Source of the DNA: an uncultured Thermoleophilia bacterium
GTDB lineage: Bacteria > Actinomycetota > Thermoleophilia > UBA2241
Assembly: GCA_963715985.1 (NCBI GenBank)
Contig: CAVQSP010000004.1
Location: 69,843-133,842, forward strand
DNA length: 64,000 bases
Reading direction: 5' to 3'
Shown here: positions 1 to 10,887 of the stretch, piece by piece
How the letters are laid out: each line of letters begins with the position of its first letter
Numbering within the stretch: position 1 is the stretch's first letter
The notes under the pieces: model-generated
The model's database searches: none
Told to the model about the DNA's origin: nothing
Seen by the model: only the letters and a program-made list of their open reading frames with translations
Made by a program: the position numbers and the translations under genes

Positions 1-1
1 G

Positions 2-1594
2 CGCGTCACGCGGCGCGACGTGCTCAAGGGCGCGGCGGCCGTCGGCGCCGTCGCGGCGTTCGGCTCGGTGGCCTCGGCGTGCGGCAGCGGCGGCGGCTCG
101 GAGAGCTCTGCCTCCCCGTCGGCCTCGGCTGCGGGCGGCGAGCCCAAGAAGGGCGGCGCCCTCAGGGTGGGCATCGGCGGCGGCTCGGCCAAGGACACGC
201 TCGACGCACAGATCTCCACCACCGAGACTCAGATCGACTATCAGTTTCTGATCTACGACTCGCTCATGGGCTGGGACCCGGAGCACAAGATCGTGATGCT
301 GCTCGCGGAGGAGTACTCGCCGAACGCCGACGGCTCTGTGCACACCGTCAAGCTCAAGTCGGGCCTCACCTTCCACGACGGCTCGCCGGTCAACGCCGAC
401 GCCGTGGTGTACAGCTTCAATCGCATCCTCGACCCCAAGACGGCGGCCGCGGGCAAGGATCAACTGAAGGGTCTCACGGCCAGCGGCATCAAGAAGATCG
501 ACGACCTCACCGTCGAATTCGCGCTGGACAAGCCCAACGTGATCTTCTACGAGGCGCTGGCGTACTACAACAACGCCGTCGTCCCGATCGACTACGCGCC
601 CAAGGGTGCCGACGGCGCCATCGGCAGCGGCCCCTGGGTGGTCACGAGCTTCTCGCCGGGTCAGCAGCTCGAGCTCAAGGCCAATCCCGACTACTTCGGC
701 GACGTTCCGTACTTGGACACCCTGACGTTGATCAGCTTTGCCGACCCGACGGCCAAGCTCAACGCGCTGCTCGGCGGCACCGTCGACTACATGACTCTCC
801 TCGACAGTGCCCAGGTCGGCACCATGCAGGCGACGCCGGGCTTCAAGGTCCTCGAGGCCAAGACCGGCGGCTGGAACCCGTTCACCATGCGTGTCGACAC
901 GAAGCCCTTCGACGACGAGAAGGTGCGCCAGGCGTTCCGCCTCATCGTCGACCGTCAGCAGATGATCGACCAGGCCAAGGGTGGCTACTCCTGGATCGGT
1001 AACGACATGTACTCTCCCTTCGACCCCGGCTACGCCAAGGATCTGCCGCAGCGGGTGCAGGACCTCGAGCAGGCCAAGTCGCTGCTCAAGTCCGCAGGCT
1101 ACGACAACGACCTCACCGTGGAGCTCATCTGCTCCACCGCCACCGGCGCCGGCGACGTGCAGGCCGCCCAGGTCTTCGCGCAGCAGGCCAAGGGCGCCGG
1201 CGTCAAGGTCAACGTCAAGCAGGTCGACCCGAGCGTGTTCTACGGCGACGACTACCTCAAATGGGTCTTCGCCATGGACTTCTGGGGCTACCGCAACTAC
1301 CTGCCTCAGGCCGCCATCGGCAGCTACCCCGGTGGCGTGTGGAACGAGACGCACTGGGACGACCCCGAATGGATCAAGCTCTTTGACGAGGCCATGAAGA
1401 CCGTGGACGACACCAAGCGCAACGAGCTCATCACACAGGCGAGCACGATCGAGTACGAGAAGGGTGGCTACATCATCTATCAGTTCAACAAGCTGCTCGA
1501 CGCCTACACTGACAAGCTCGGCGGCGCCATCCCCGACAACTGGGGCGCGGAGGCCGCCAACAAGCTTCGCTTCAACCTGATGTACTTCGTCTGA
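2..1594 (+). CDS. ABC transporter substrate-binding protein, family 5 (Dpp/Opp), Tat-exported lipoprotein; 5' end lies outside the window
   Basis: In-frame RVTRRDVLK twin-arginine motif from base 2, lipobox-like ASAC, family-5 motifs LKSGLTFHDG and GSGPW; followed by permeases and ATPase. Confidence 0.9.
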   Translation, partial: RVTRRDVLKGAAAVGAVAAFGSVASACGSGGGSESSASPSASAAGGEPKKGGALRVGIGGGSAKDTLDAQISTTETQIDYQFLIYDSLMGWDPEHKIVMLLAEEYSPNADGSVHTVKLKSGLTFHDGSPVNADAVVYSFNRILDPKTAAAGKDQLKGLTASGIKKIDDLTVEFALDKPNVIFYEALAYYNNAVVPIDYAPKGADGAIGSGPWVVTSFSPGQQLELKANPDYFGDVPYLDTLTLISFADPTAKLNALLGGTVDYMTLLDSAQVGTMQATPGFKVLEAKTGGWNPFTMRVDTKPFDDEKVRQAFRLIVDRQQMIDQAKGGYSWIGNDMYSPFDPGYAKDLPQRVQDLEQAKSLLKSAGYDNDLTVELICSTATGAGDVQAAQVFAQQAKGAGVKVNVKQVDPSVFYGDDYLKWVFAMDFWGYRNYLPQAAIGSYPGGVWNETHWDDPEWIKLFDEAMKTVDDTKRNELITQASTIEYEKGGYIIYQFNKLLDAYTDKLGGAIPDNWGAEAANKLRFNLMYFV

Positions 1595-1616
1595 GCCTCG
1601 GCTCTGCGAACTGACC

Positions 1617-1656
1617 TGACTGGGGCCGGGGCCCGCAGCGGCGCCGGCCCCAGTCA
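1617..1656 (+). terminator. Intercistronic stem-loop after the SBP gene (mRNA stabiliser/attenuator)
   Basis: 13-bp inverted repeat TGACTGGGGCCGG (1617-1629) / CCGGCCCCAGTCA (1644-1656); no U-tract. Confidence 0.55.
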
Positions 1657-1680
1657 CACCTCGAAGGAGGTCGGCGGGCT

Positions 1681-2643
1681 TTGCCACCCCTGCTGAAGAT
1701 CATCCTGCGCCGACTCGGACTCGGGATCCTGACGCTCTTCCTCGTCTCGGTCCTCGTGTTCGCGGCCACGCAAGCGCTGCCCGGTGACACGGCGCGCGCC
1801 ATCCTCGGCCGGGACGCCTCACCGGAGCGTCTCAAGGAAGTGCGCGCGCGGCTCGGGCTCGACCAGCCGGCCACGACGCAGTACGTGAAGTGGCTCGGCC
1901 ACATCGTGCGCGGCGATCTCGGCGACTCGCTCGTGGCGTCGCAGCCCGTCACCTCCCTTCTCAAGGGGCGGGTCATGAACTCGGCGGCCCTCGTTCTGGT
2001 CGCCGCCCTCGTCAGCATCCCCATCTCCATCCTCCTCGGCAGTCTGAGCGGGCTACTCCGCGACAAATGGTTCGACTCCGCCACCTCGCTGGGCAGCCTG
2101 GCGCTCGCCGCCCTGCCCGAGTTCGTCATCGGCATCCTGCTCATCATGCTGCTCGCCACGCAGGTCTTCCACGTGTTTCCCGCGGTCTCCCGCGTGAACC
2201 CGAGCGAGTCCATCTGGAGCCAGATGGACATGCTCATCCTGCCGGCGCTCACACTGATCCTCGCCGTGGCGCCGTACATCATCCGCATCCTGCGCGCCTC
2301 GATGATCGAGGTGCTCGAGAGCGAGTACGTGCAGATGGCGCGCCTCAAGGGCATGCCCGAGAGCATCGTCCTGCGGCGTCACGCCCTGCCCAATGCCGTG
2401 ATCCCCGCGATCCAGGTCATCGCCCTCAACATGGCCTGGCTGGCCGGCGGCGTCGTGGTCGTCGAGTACCTCTTCAACTACCCGGGCATCGGCTCCGGGC
2501 TCGTGGACGCGGTCGCCAACCGCGACGTGCCCATGATCCAGGCCATCGTGCTCCTCATCGCCAGCCTCTACGTCGGCTTCAACCTCATCGCCGACATCCT
2601 CACCATCCTCGTCAGCCCCCGACTCAGGACGGGACTGCAATGA
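1681..2643 (+). CDS. ABC transporter permease (DppB/OppB type)
   Basis: LPGD...LGLDQP, GDLGDS, EAA-loop YVQMARLKGM, HALPNA; RBS AAGGAGG upstream. Confidence 0.92.
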   Translation: MPPLLKIILRRLGLGILTLFLVSVLVFAATQALPGDTARAILGRDASPERLKEVRARLGLDQPATTQYVKWLGHIVRGDLGDSLVASQPVTSLLKGRVMNSAALVLVAALVSIPISILLGSLSGLLRDKWFDSATSLGSLALAALPEFVIGILLIMLLATQVFHVFPAVSRVNPSESIWSQMDMLILPALTLILAVAPYIIRILRASMIEVLESEYVQMARLKGMPESIVLRRHALPNAVIPAIQVIALNMAWLAGGVVVVEYLFNYPGIGSGLVDAVANRDVPMIQAIVLLIASLYVGFNLIADILTILVSPRLRTGLQ

Positions 2644-3626
2644 GCGCCGAAGCGCACGTCCTCAGAATGGGCGTCTCCAGCGACCTCAACCTGGGCCCCG
2701 GCGAGGGCCTCAACGAGCCGCTCGAGCCGCAGCTGGGCCACGACATGGAGATGGCGCCGGTCCGCGGCAAGCGGCGCCGCAAGGAGTGGGTGCAGCTGCT
2801 GTATGACGCCCTGCACTACCGGCGCACGCAGATCGGCCTGGCCCTCTGCCTCTTCATCCTGGTCGTCGCTATCGTGGGGCCGTACCTGGCGCCCTACTCG
2901 CCGTTCGAGTTCATCGTGAAGCCGTTCGCCAAGCCGTCGTCCACCGCCGTCCTCGGCGGCGACGTCCTCGGCCGCGACGTGCTCAGCCGCGTCCTGTACG
3001 GCGGCCGCTCGGTGCTCATCCTCTCGGTCATCGCGACCGTGGTCGGTATGGTCATCGGCGTGTCGCTGGGCCTGTTCGCCGGGTACGCGCGGGCCGCCGT
3101 GGACGAGGTCATCATGCGCATCCTCGACGTCTTCCTCGCCTTCCCGCAGATCGTGCTCGTCCTGCTGCTCGTGTCGGTGCTCGGGCCGCGGCTCTGGCTG
3201 ATCGTCCTCACCGTCGGGCTCTCGCACGCACCGCGCATCGCGCGTGTGGCGCGCGGGTCCACTCTGGAGGTCAAGGAGCGCGACTTCGTCAAGGCGGCGG
3301 AGTCTCTGGGGGTCTCGCGCATCAAGATCGCCTTCGGCGAGATCCTGCCCACCATCACGAGCCCGTTGTTCGTGGAGTTCGGCCTGCGTCTCACCTACTC
3401 CATCGGCCTCATCGCCGCCCTGAGCTTCCTCGGGTTCGGCATGCAGCCGCCGGCCTGTGACTGGGGCCTCATGATCAACGAGAACCGCATCGGCCTGGTC
3501 ATCCAGCCGTACTCGATCTTCGTGCCGGTGGCCCTCATCGCCATCCTCACCATCGGCGTGAACCTGGCCACCGACGGCATGGCCCGCGCCATGATCGGCA
3601 TCGAGCGCGACACGGGGGCAGCATGA
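2640..3626 (+). CDS. ABC transporter permease (DppC/OppC type)
   Basis: ATGA overlap with previous stop; GGDVLGRDVLSRVLYGGR, FVKAAESLG, LSFLGFG...DWG. Confidence 0.92.
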   Translation: MSAEAHVLRMGVSSDLNLGPGEGLNEPLEPQLGHDMEMAPVRGKRRRKEWVQLLYDALHYRRTQIGLALCLFILVVAIVGPYLAPYSPFEFIVKPFAKPSSTAVLGGDVLGRDVLSRVLYGGRSVLILSVIATVVGMVIGVSLGLFAGYARAAVDEVIMRILDVFLAFPQIVLVLLLVSVLGPRLWLIVLTVGLSHAPRIARVARGSTLEVKERDFVKAAESLGVSRIKIAFGEILPTITSPLFVEFGLRLTYSIGLIAALSFLGFGMQPPACDWGLMINENRIGLVIQPYSIFVPVALIAILTIGVNLATDGMARAMIGIERDTGAA

Positions 3627-5420
3627 GCCGCATCATCCTCACGGTGAAGGACCTCGAGATCGCCCTCGACCCCTCGGGCGTGGAGATCGATCACGAGGTC
3701 AACTTCGAGCTCGTCGAGGGCGAGGTCCTCGGCCTCGTCGGCGAGTCCGCGTCCGGCAAGACCACGGCCGCCACGTCGCTGCTCAACTTCCAGCGCCGTG
3801 GCGCCAAGATCTCCGGCGGCAACATCACCATCGACGACAAGGACGTGCTGTCCCTGGGCGCCTCGCAGCTGCGCCAGCTGCGCGGCGGGGTCATCAGCTA
3901 CGTGCCGCAGGACCCGGGCTCGGCGCTCAACCCGGCCCTGCGCATCGGCCTGCAGCTGCGCGAGATCCTCGAGGTGCACGGCTTCGGCACGTCGGACGAC
4001 GAGCGGCGTGCGCGCATCGAGGAGATGATGGCGGAGGTGCTGCTGCCGAGCACGAAGGAGTTCCTGCGCAGGTACCCGCACCAGCTCTCCGGCGGCCAGC
4101 AGCAGCGCGTGGCCCTGGCCATGGCCTTCGCCTGCCGGCCCAAGATCATCGTGCTGGACGAGCCCACCACCGGCCTCGACGTGACCACGCAGGCGCACGT
4201 CCTCGACACCATCCGCGACCTCACCAATGCCCATCACGCGGCGGCCGTGTACGTGACGCACGACCTCGCCGTGGTGAGCGAGCTGGCCGACCGCATCGCC
4301 GTGATGTACGCGGGCAGGCTCGTGGAGATCGGCCCCGCCAGGGAGCTCTTCGCCGGGGCCAGCCACCCGTACACGCGCCGCTTGCTGCACGCCATCCCGC
4401 TGCTCTCGGGGCGGCGCACGCTGGAGGGCATCCCCGGCTTCGCGCCGCGCCCCGGCCGCCGTCCCACGGGCTGCGCCTTCGAGCCGCGCTGTGCCTACGC
4501 CATAGAGAAATGCGCCGCCGAGTTCCCTCCTGAGGAGGTCGTCGGGGAGTTCCACCGCGTGCGCTGCTGGCGCAACGAGGAGGTCCGCAACCAGGCGCCC
4601 GTGCTCCTCGAAGAGGACACCTCGGTGCTGGAGAGCGGCGGCGAGGAAGGCCTCGTCACCGTGCGCGGCGTCACCGCCTGGTACGGCAACAAGGAGATCC
4701 TCCACGACATCGACATCACGCTGCGCGCCCACGAGTGCCTCGCCCTCGTCGGTGAGTCGGGCAGCGGCAAGACCACGCTGGCGCGCTGCATCGCCGGGCT
4801 GCACCCGTTCAAGGTCGAGGGCGAGATCAGCTTCCAGGGCAAGCAGCTGCCGCGCCTGGCGCGCAGCCGCTCGCGCTCGCTGCGGCACTCCATCCAGTAC
4901 GTGTTCCAGAACCCCTACAGCTCGCTGAACCCGCGCAAGACCATCGCCCAGATCCTCTCGCAGCCGCTGTCGATCTTCTTCGACTACACGCGGGACCAGC
5001 AGGAGGCGCGGCTCGCCGAGGTGCTCGACCTGGTCTCGCTCGACGACACGCTGCTCTCCCGCTACCCGGACCAGCTCTCGGGCGGCGAGCGCCAGCGCGT
5101 GGCCATCGCGCGCGCCCTCGCCGCCGAGCCCACAGTGCTCGTGTGCGACGAGGTCACGTCCTGGCTCGACGTCTCGGTGCAGGCGTCCATCGTGGAGCTG
5201 CTGGTGCGGCTGCAGAAGGAGATCGGCCTCTGCATGCTGTTCGTGACGCACAACCTGGCTCTCATCCGCAGCATCGCCTACGACGTGGCGGTGATGAGCG
5301 AAGGGCGCATCGTGGAGTACGGTCCCACCGACGACGTGCTCGGCCGACCCCCAGGACGAGTACACGCGCAAGCTGCTGGCCGACACGCCGACCATCGAGC
5401 CGATAGCGGTCGAGACCTGA
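3623..5420 (+). CDS. ABC transporter ATP-binding protein with two fused ATPase domains (DppD/F); frameshift near 5345
   Basis: Two Walker A (GESASGKT, GESGSGKT) and two LSGG signatures; the expected C-terminus PQDEYTRKLL continues in another frame to TGA at 5418-5420. Confidence 0.88.
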
Positions 5421-5515
5421 TCTCGCCGGCGCGCGCGGATGCGGGCGCCGCACGCGTGCCGAGCTTCACGCGCGTGCCGTAGCCCTTGCGGCACGCGCGC
5501 TGCGCAGACGGAAGG

Positions 5516-7015
5516 ATGCCCATGCGCGCACACACCACGTGGCTCAGCGGCGCCGAGAAGACGCTCGTCGTCGACGAGGCGCTGACGCTGCTCGAACGCG
5601 TCGGCATGCGCATGAAGGGCGCGCGTGCCCTCGAGGCGCTCGCGGCGGCGGGCGCCGATGTGGACGCGGCCACGGGCATGGTGCGCTTTCCCCCCGCCCT
5701 CGTGAGGGCAGCCGTCGCCCAGTGCCCTCGCGACGTGCTCATGGGCGGCGCGACTCCGGCGGACGACGTGCTGTTCGCCGACGGCGAGCCTTCCCACTTC
5801 TGCTCCTCGGGGTGCGGGGCCTTCGTGCTCGACGACGAGACCGGCGAGCGCCGGCTCTCGACGCTCGACGACCTGTGCAAGGCCACGGCGCTGCTCGATG
5901 CCGCTTCCGAGGTCGACGTGATCTGGACGACGGTCACCGCCAACGACGTGCCGCTGGAGGTCCGCGAGCTTGTCGGCTACCACGCGGTACTCACGCAATC
6001 GGACAAGCACGTCACCTTCGTGGACTGCCCGTCCCAGGTAGAGCCGTTGCTGCGCATCGCCGAGATCGTCGCCGGCCATGCCGACGCCTTCCGCGAGCGG
6101 CCGCGCTTCAGCACGCTGATCACCGCCGCCTCGCCTCTGACGGTCGACGGGGCGAAGCTCGACTTCCACACCGCGGTCGCCGCCGCCGGCGTGCCGGTAC
6201 AGGTCTACACGGTGCCGATGGCCGGGGCCACGGCGCCCGTCACCGTGGCCGGCGGCATCACCCTCTCCGTGGCCGAGTTCCTCGGCGTCGCCACGGCCAT
6301 CCAGTCCCTGGCGCCGGGTGCGAGGCTCATCTTCGGCGCCTCCGGCTCCATCATGGACATGCGCTCGGCCGGCATCTCCTACGCGTCGCCCGAGTCCAGC
6401 CTCATGGCCACCGCCTGCGTCGAGGTGGGCCACCTGCTCGGCGTGCCGGTGGCGGTCGCGGGCATGGCCACCGAGGCCAAGCACCCCGGCATCCAGGCCG
6501 GCTACGAGAAGGCGCTGCGAGGTCTCTCGGCCTGCGCCGCCGGGGCCGACGTGCTCAGCGGCGGCGTCGGCATGCTGGACAGCGTCAACACGCTGTACCT
6601 GCCGCAGATCGTCATCGACAACGAGATCGCCGGCTTGATCCGCCGGCTCCTCGGGGAGGTGACGATCTCGCACGAGGAGATCCTCGGCGAGATGGTCGAG
6701 AAGGTGGGCGTCGGCGGGCACTTCCTGGCCGAGAAGGAGACGCGGCGGCGCATCCGCGCCGGCGAGCACTTCGCGCCGGCGATCTCCACACGCGCCTCGT
6801 ACGACGCCTGGGCGGCCGAGGGCCGCGATGAGCTGACGGTCGCGCGCGAGCTCACGGCCGAGATGCTCGCGGCCCGCGCCGACTGGCGCCCGGCGCTGAG
6901 CGACGAGCAGCTCGCCGCCCTCGCCGCCGTCTGCGGCATCGCACCCGCCCGATCTTCCGCCGGCGGCCGATCGCAGTCGCCTCCGAGCCTGAGGGGGCTG
7001 GCCCAAGCCTCCTGA
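5516..7015 (+). CDS. Trimethylamine methyltransferase (MttB) superfamily protein, non-pyrrolysine (quaternary amine:corrinoid methyltransferase)
   Basis: MAGATAPVTVAG, DMRSAG...PES, AKHPGIQAGYEK, GMLDS, IVIDNEI, VGVGGHFL motifs; no in-frame amber codon. Confidence 0.88.
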   Translation: MPMRAHTTWLSGAEKTLVVDEALTLLERVGMRMKGARALEALAAAGADVDAATGMVRFPPALVRAAVAQCPRDVLMGGATPADDVLFADGEPSHFCSSGCGAFVLDDETGERRLSTLDDLCKATALLDAASEVDVIWTTVTANDVPLEVRELVGYHAVLTQSDKHVTFVDCPSQVEPLLRIAEIVAGHADAFRERPRFSTLITAASPLTVDGAKLDFHTAVAAAGVPVQVYTVPMAGATAPVTVAGGITLSVAEFLGVATAIQSLAPGARLIFGASGSIMDMRSAGISYASPESSLMATACVEVGHLLGVPVAVAGMATEAKHPGIQAGYEKALRGLSACAAGADVLSGGVGMLDSVNTLYLPQIVIDNEIAGLIRRLLGEVTISHEEILGEMVEKVGVGGHFLAEKETRRRIRAGEHFAPAISTRASYDAWAAEGRDELTVARELTAEMLAARADWRPALSDEQLAALAAVCGIAPARSSAGGRSQSPPSLRGLAQAS

Positions 7016-7231
7016 CAGGGAGCTTCCGGACGCCACCATCCCCGCAGCTACCCCGAGGCGTCTCGCGACGATCACACGATTCGCGCCTACAGTGAGGGCT
7101 CAGGCGTCGCGGTCGTGACACGTCGAGCGCTCTGGTCGAGGTGGGATCCTGGCCGGGCGACGCGGGGCTGCACGACGCTACCATCAGTGGCCTCCACGGG
7201 CGCTGACCCCGCTTCGCGGCGGCCAGATCAC

Positions 7232-7297
7232 CACCCGAACGGGTGAGAAGAGGGACGCAGTTCGGGTGTGGTGACCCGATGCTGCTGACCATATCGT
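7232..7297 (+). promoter_or_regulatory. Island promoter module copy 1 (upstream of lipase)
   Basis: CACCCGAACGGGTGA at 7232, GGGTGTGG at +32, TATCGT at +60. Confidence 0.7.
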
Positions 7298-7656
7298 TCG
7301 GGCGGACGTCGACCGGCCGAAGCCACGCGCACCGACACGGCCCTGGATGACACGCCGGGTCGATGGGGCGGGCAGCTTCCCCGCCCGGCAATCGGATGGT
7401 CGAGCCGTCGACGAGTACGGATGCCGGCAACTCGGTGCAGTCACGGACGGCGAGCACCACTGACCATGCGCTCTTCATCGCCTATCGAAGCCGAAGGGGG
7501 TGACATTCCGTCTTCACGACGATCTCACGAGCCCTGACGAAGACACCGGGGAAACGGGCTGGCCGCCTGGCCGTCGCTCGCGGGCCGCGCCCACATCGCG
7601 TGGATGCGCAGGAAGGGCCCGGGTCCAGCCGACTGCGAACGAGAGGTAGGGAAGCG

Positions 7657-8885
7657 ATGCGCAAGCGTTTGATCGTCACCACAGGCTTGCTCCTTGCGTT
7701 GTTTGGACTGCTCGCGATGAATGCCGTCGCCACTCTGGCGGCCAGTGCGGACGTGGTCGAGCCGCTCGGTTTCTACGCGAGCGCACCCGACGGGTGGCAA
7801 TCGAAAGGCGTCGGCACACTCCTCAAGTGGGAGCGCGAGCGCGATACCTGTGACGCGCTGAAGGGCCTCAAGGGGTACCGCGTGATGTACGTCAGCCGTG
7901 GAGCCCTGGGTGAGAAGACGTTCGAGACCGGCATGGTGTTCTTCCCCACACGCGGGAGCGCGCCCAAGGCGGGACGTTCTGTGATGGCCTGGGATCACGG
8001 GACGGCTGGTGTCGGCGAGAGCGCCGCACCGTCGCGCTATCCGTGGTTGTACCCCACCGATGAGGCCTACCCTTGGGATTGGAGCGCCCGCTGGGTAGGG
8101 CATCTGGGGCGGATGGGCTACGTTGTGGCGTGTCCGGACTACGAAGGGCTCGGCACGCCTGACCCGCATACGTACATGAACGCGGAGTCCCAGGCGCGAT
8201 CGACCATCGACGCCGTCCGCGCCGCCCGCCAGCTGGCCGGCAAGATGGGCGTCCGGGTCTCCCGAGAATGGGGTGTCGCCGGTCACTCGCAGGGTGGCAT
8301 GTCGGCCCTTGCGGCGGCAGAGTGGGCGCCAAGCTACGCCAAGGAACTCTCTCTGCTCGCGACGGTCGCGGTCTCGCCGGCCACCGAGATGCCGACCCTC
8401 CTCTCGCTCTGCGGGACGAGCGATGCCTGGCCGTATCTCGGGTACTGCGCGGCGGGGATCCAGGCTGTCGACCCCGACTTCGATGTCGCGGAGCTCTGCG
8501 GACCTGGCTCCTGCCGTACATCGATTCGGCGCCGGACTACTTCTATGACGAGTGGTTCGGGTACCTTCTGAACAGCGGGCCGAACGCCGGCCAGACTCCG
8601 GTCATAGGCGACGCCTTGGCCAGCAGCTGGGAGAGCAGCTCTGCCGTCCAGCAGTTCATCGCGGCGTCGGACGTTGAGAGCAAGAAGCCCGCCGGCCCCG
8701 TGTACGTCATGATGGGCGACAGGGATTTCATGATCTCCACGTTCCTGCCCCTCTGGTACAAGCTGTACGGCCTCGGCACCGATTTGGAGGGTGTGCTCCT
8801 GGCGGGCCAGGACCACACTCAGGCCCTGTGGGCAGGATGGCCGTATGCCAAGGCCTTCCTCGAGGAGAACCTGCCGCCGCGCTGA
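7657..8885 (+). CDS. Secreted lipase/esterase (LIP, alpha/beta hydrolase); frameshift near 8500
   Basis: Signal peptide MRKRLIVTTGLLL, WDHGTAG, PDYEGLG, nucleophile GHSQGG; C-terminal GDRD and DH in the second frame (8268..8885). Confidence 0.8.
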
Positions 8886-9005
8886 CGAAAGGTGCTTCGT
8901 GGGTGCCGTGGACGTGGGCACCGCGGCAGTTGTCGCGCTGACGCGGGCGGGGAGACGGGTCAAGGCCGCCCCGCCCGCCCTGCTCATCCGGCACAGCGCG
9001 GAAAC

Positions 9006-9071
9006 CACCCGAATGGGTGACGGCACGCGCGCAGTCCGGGTGTTGTGGCTGCGTCCCGCCGTCTCCATCAT
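9006..9071 (+). promoter_or_regulatory. Island promoter module copy 2 (upstream of second ABC operon)
   Basis: CACCCGAATGGGTGA at 9006, GGGTGTTG at +32, CATCAT at +60. Confidence 0.75.
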
Positions 9072-9159
9072 GCACACAGAGTCCCCCGGGCTCGGGCCGG
9101 GGACATCCACGCAAGGATCGGGCACACGAACGTGTCGCTTCCGACCGCAAGGAGGACTG

Positions 9160-10768
9160 ATGAAGAGGGGGGCATCGATTCGCAAGCAGATCGCCGCCTG
9201 GTGCGCGTGTAGCCTGGTGGCGGTCGCGGCGCTGCTCGGCGCCGCGGCCTGTGGAGACGACAGCGGCACCGCGAGCTCGCCGAGCGCGACGGCTGATGTC
9301 CTTCGCGTCGTGGGCGCGCAGAGCCCGACGACGTGGGACCCCAGCGCGGCCTACTCCGACGAGGTCGCCTACGTGGCCAACTGCTACGAGACTCTCGTCT
9401 ACGCGAACCCGCCCGGCAGCGCCGAGCCGTTCGCTCCGAAGCTGGCCACGTCGTGGCAGGTCTCCGACGACGGGCTCACCTGGACCTTCGACCTGCGCGA
9501 AGGCGTCACCTTCCACGATGGGACGCCCTTCAACGCGCAGGCCGTCAAGTACTCCTTCGACCGCACCAAGAAGATGAACCTTGGTGGCGCCTACCTGTTG
9601 TGGGCCGTCGACAAGGTCAAAGTCGTCAGCGACTACCAGGTGCAGTTCATCCTGTCGACACCGGTGGCGCTGGACCGCGTCGTCGCGGCCGAGTCCGCCG
9701 GGTACATCTTCAGTCCGGCGACCACAGACAAGAACGCGGACTGGTGGGAAGCGCCGAACGAGGCCGGCACCGGGCCGTGGGTGCTCGACTCCTACACGCC
9801 CAACGAGGAAGTCGTCTTCTCTCGCTACGCCGACTACTGGGGCGGCTGGCAGGACAACCAGTTCCGCAAGGTCGTCGTCAAGATCGTGGGCGACTCCACC
9901 ACCTCGCGGCAGATGCTCGAGGCCGGCGACGTGGACGTGCAGTGGGGGACGGCGCCCGATGACATCCCCGCCCTCCAGTCAAATCCCTCGCTCGAGGTCT
10001 ATGCCGAGCCGAGCTTCTACAGTTTTGTCATGTTCTTCAACACCCAGCGCAAGCCGCTCGATGACGTCAAGGTGCGGCAGGCCCTGTCCTACGCCGTCCC
10101 CTACGCGGACATCATCGCCATCGGCGCCAACGGCATGGGCAGCCAGGCATGTGGCCCGGTCCCGGCGGGGCTGTGGCCGTACCGACAAGGACCTGCCCCA
10201 GTACACCACCGACGTCGAGAAGGCCAAGAGCCTGCTGGCCGAGGCCGGGTACCCGGACGGCGGCTTCAAGCTCACGCTGACCTACTCGAGCGAGAACTTC
10301 CAGGAAGCGAAGTGGGCTCCCCTCATCAAAGAGGCGTTCGCCCAGGTCGGCGTGGACGTCACCGTCCAGAGCATGCTGTGGAATCAGCAGTGGGCCAAGG
10401 CCAAAGGTGCGGCCGGCAAGCGGCAGGACATGACCTGTCTGGAGTGGTGGCCCAGCTACCCGAACGGGCTCGACGAGCTGTACGGGATGTTCCACACCGA
10501 GGAGCAGCCTTACTTCAATCTGGCCTACTGGTCCAGCCCTGAGTACGACAAGCTTCTGTACGAGGCGAACGGGCTGGAGGCGACGGACGCCGCGAAGTCC
10601 TTCGAGCTCTACTCCCAAGCCCAGAACATCCTGGTCGACGAGGCACCGGCCGCGTATCTCTACGATGCCTACGGATTGGCCGCGTGGCTGAAGACGGTCA
10701 AGGTCGACAGCGCCGCGGTGAACCCGAACTACCCCAGCGTCCTGTCCTACAGCGGGGTGACCCTCTAG
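9160..10768 (+). CDS. ABC transporter substrate-binding lipoprotein, family 5; frameshift near 10183
   Basis: RBS AAGGAGG, lipobox AAAC, LREGVTFHDGTPFNA, GTGPW; C-terminal half AKSLLAEAGYPDG in frame 9581..10768. Confidence 0.88.
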
Positions 10769-10887
10769 CTCCCTGAGGCCCTCGCCGCCCGCCAGGTGGC
10801 CGGCCCGGTGACGTTCCCTGCGACACCGGGCCGGCCGCCGGCACGAACCGCCAGTCCGATCTCCGAGAGCGCTGGAGGTGACAGACC

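Noticed and set aside
5516-7015. Pyrrolysine recoding in the MttB gene
   Set aside because: The frame is open with no internal TAG, and no pyl genes are in the window
3395-7075. Very long antisense or alternative-frame ORFs (e.g. 1226 aa at 3395-7075, 779 aa at 40162-42501, 833 aa at 40218-42719, 746 aa at 52000-54240)
   Set aside because: Shadow frames of high-GC3 genes with few stop codons; no recognisable motifs
7528-7572. Riboswitch- or hammerhead-like segment (AGCCC-TGACGAA...CGGGGAAAC-GGGCT...CGCCTGG)
   Set aside because: Only partly resembles ZTP-riboswitch or hammerhead cores; lacks the GACUGGCG element and a pairing stem II. An Infernal/Rfam scan would settle it.
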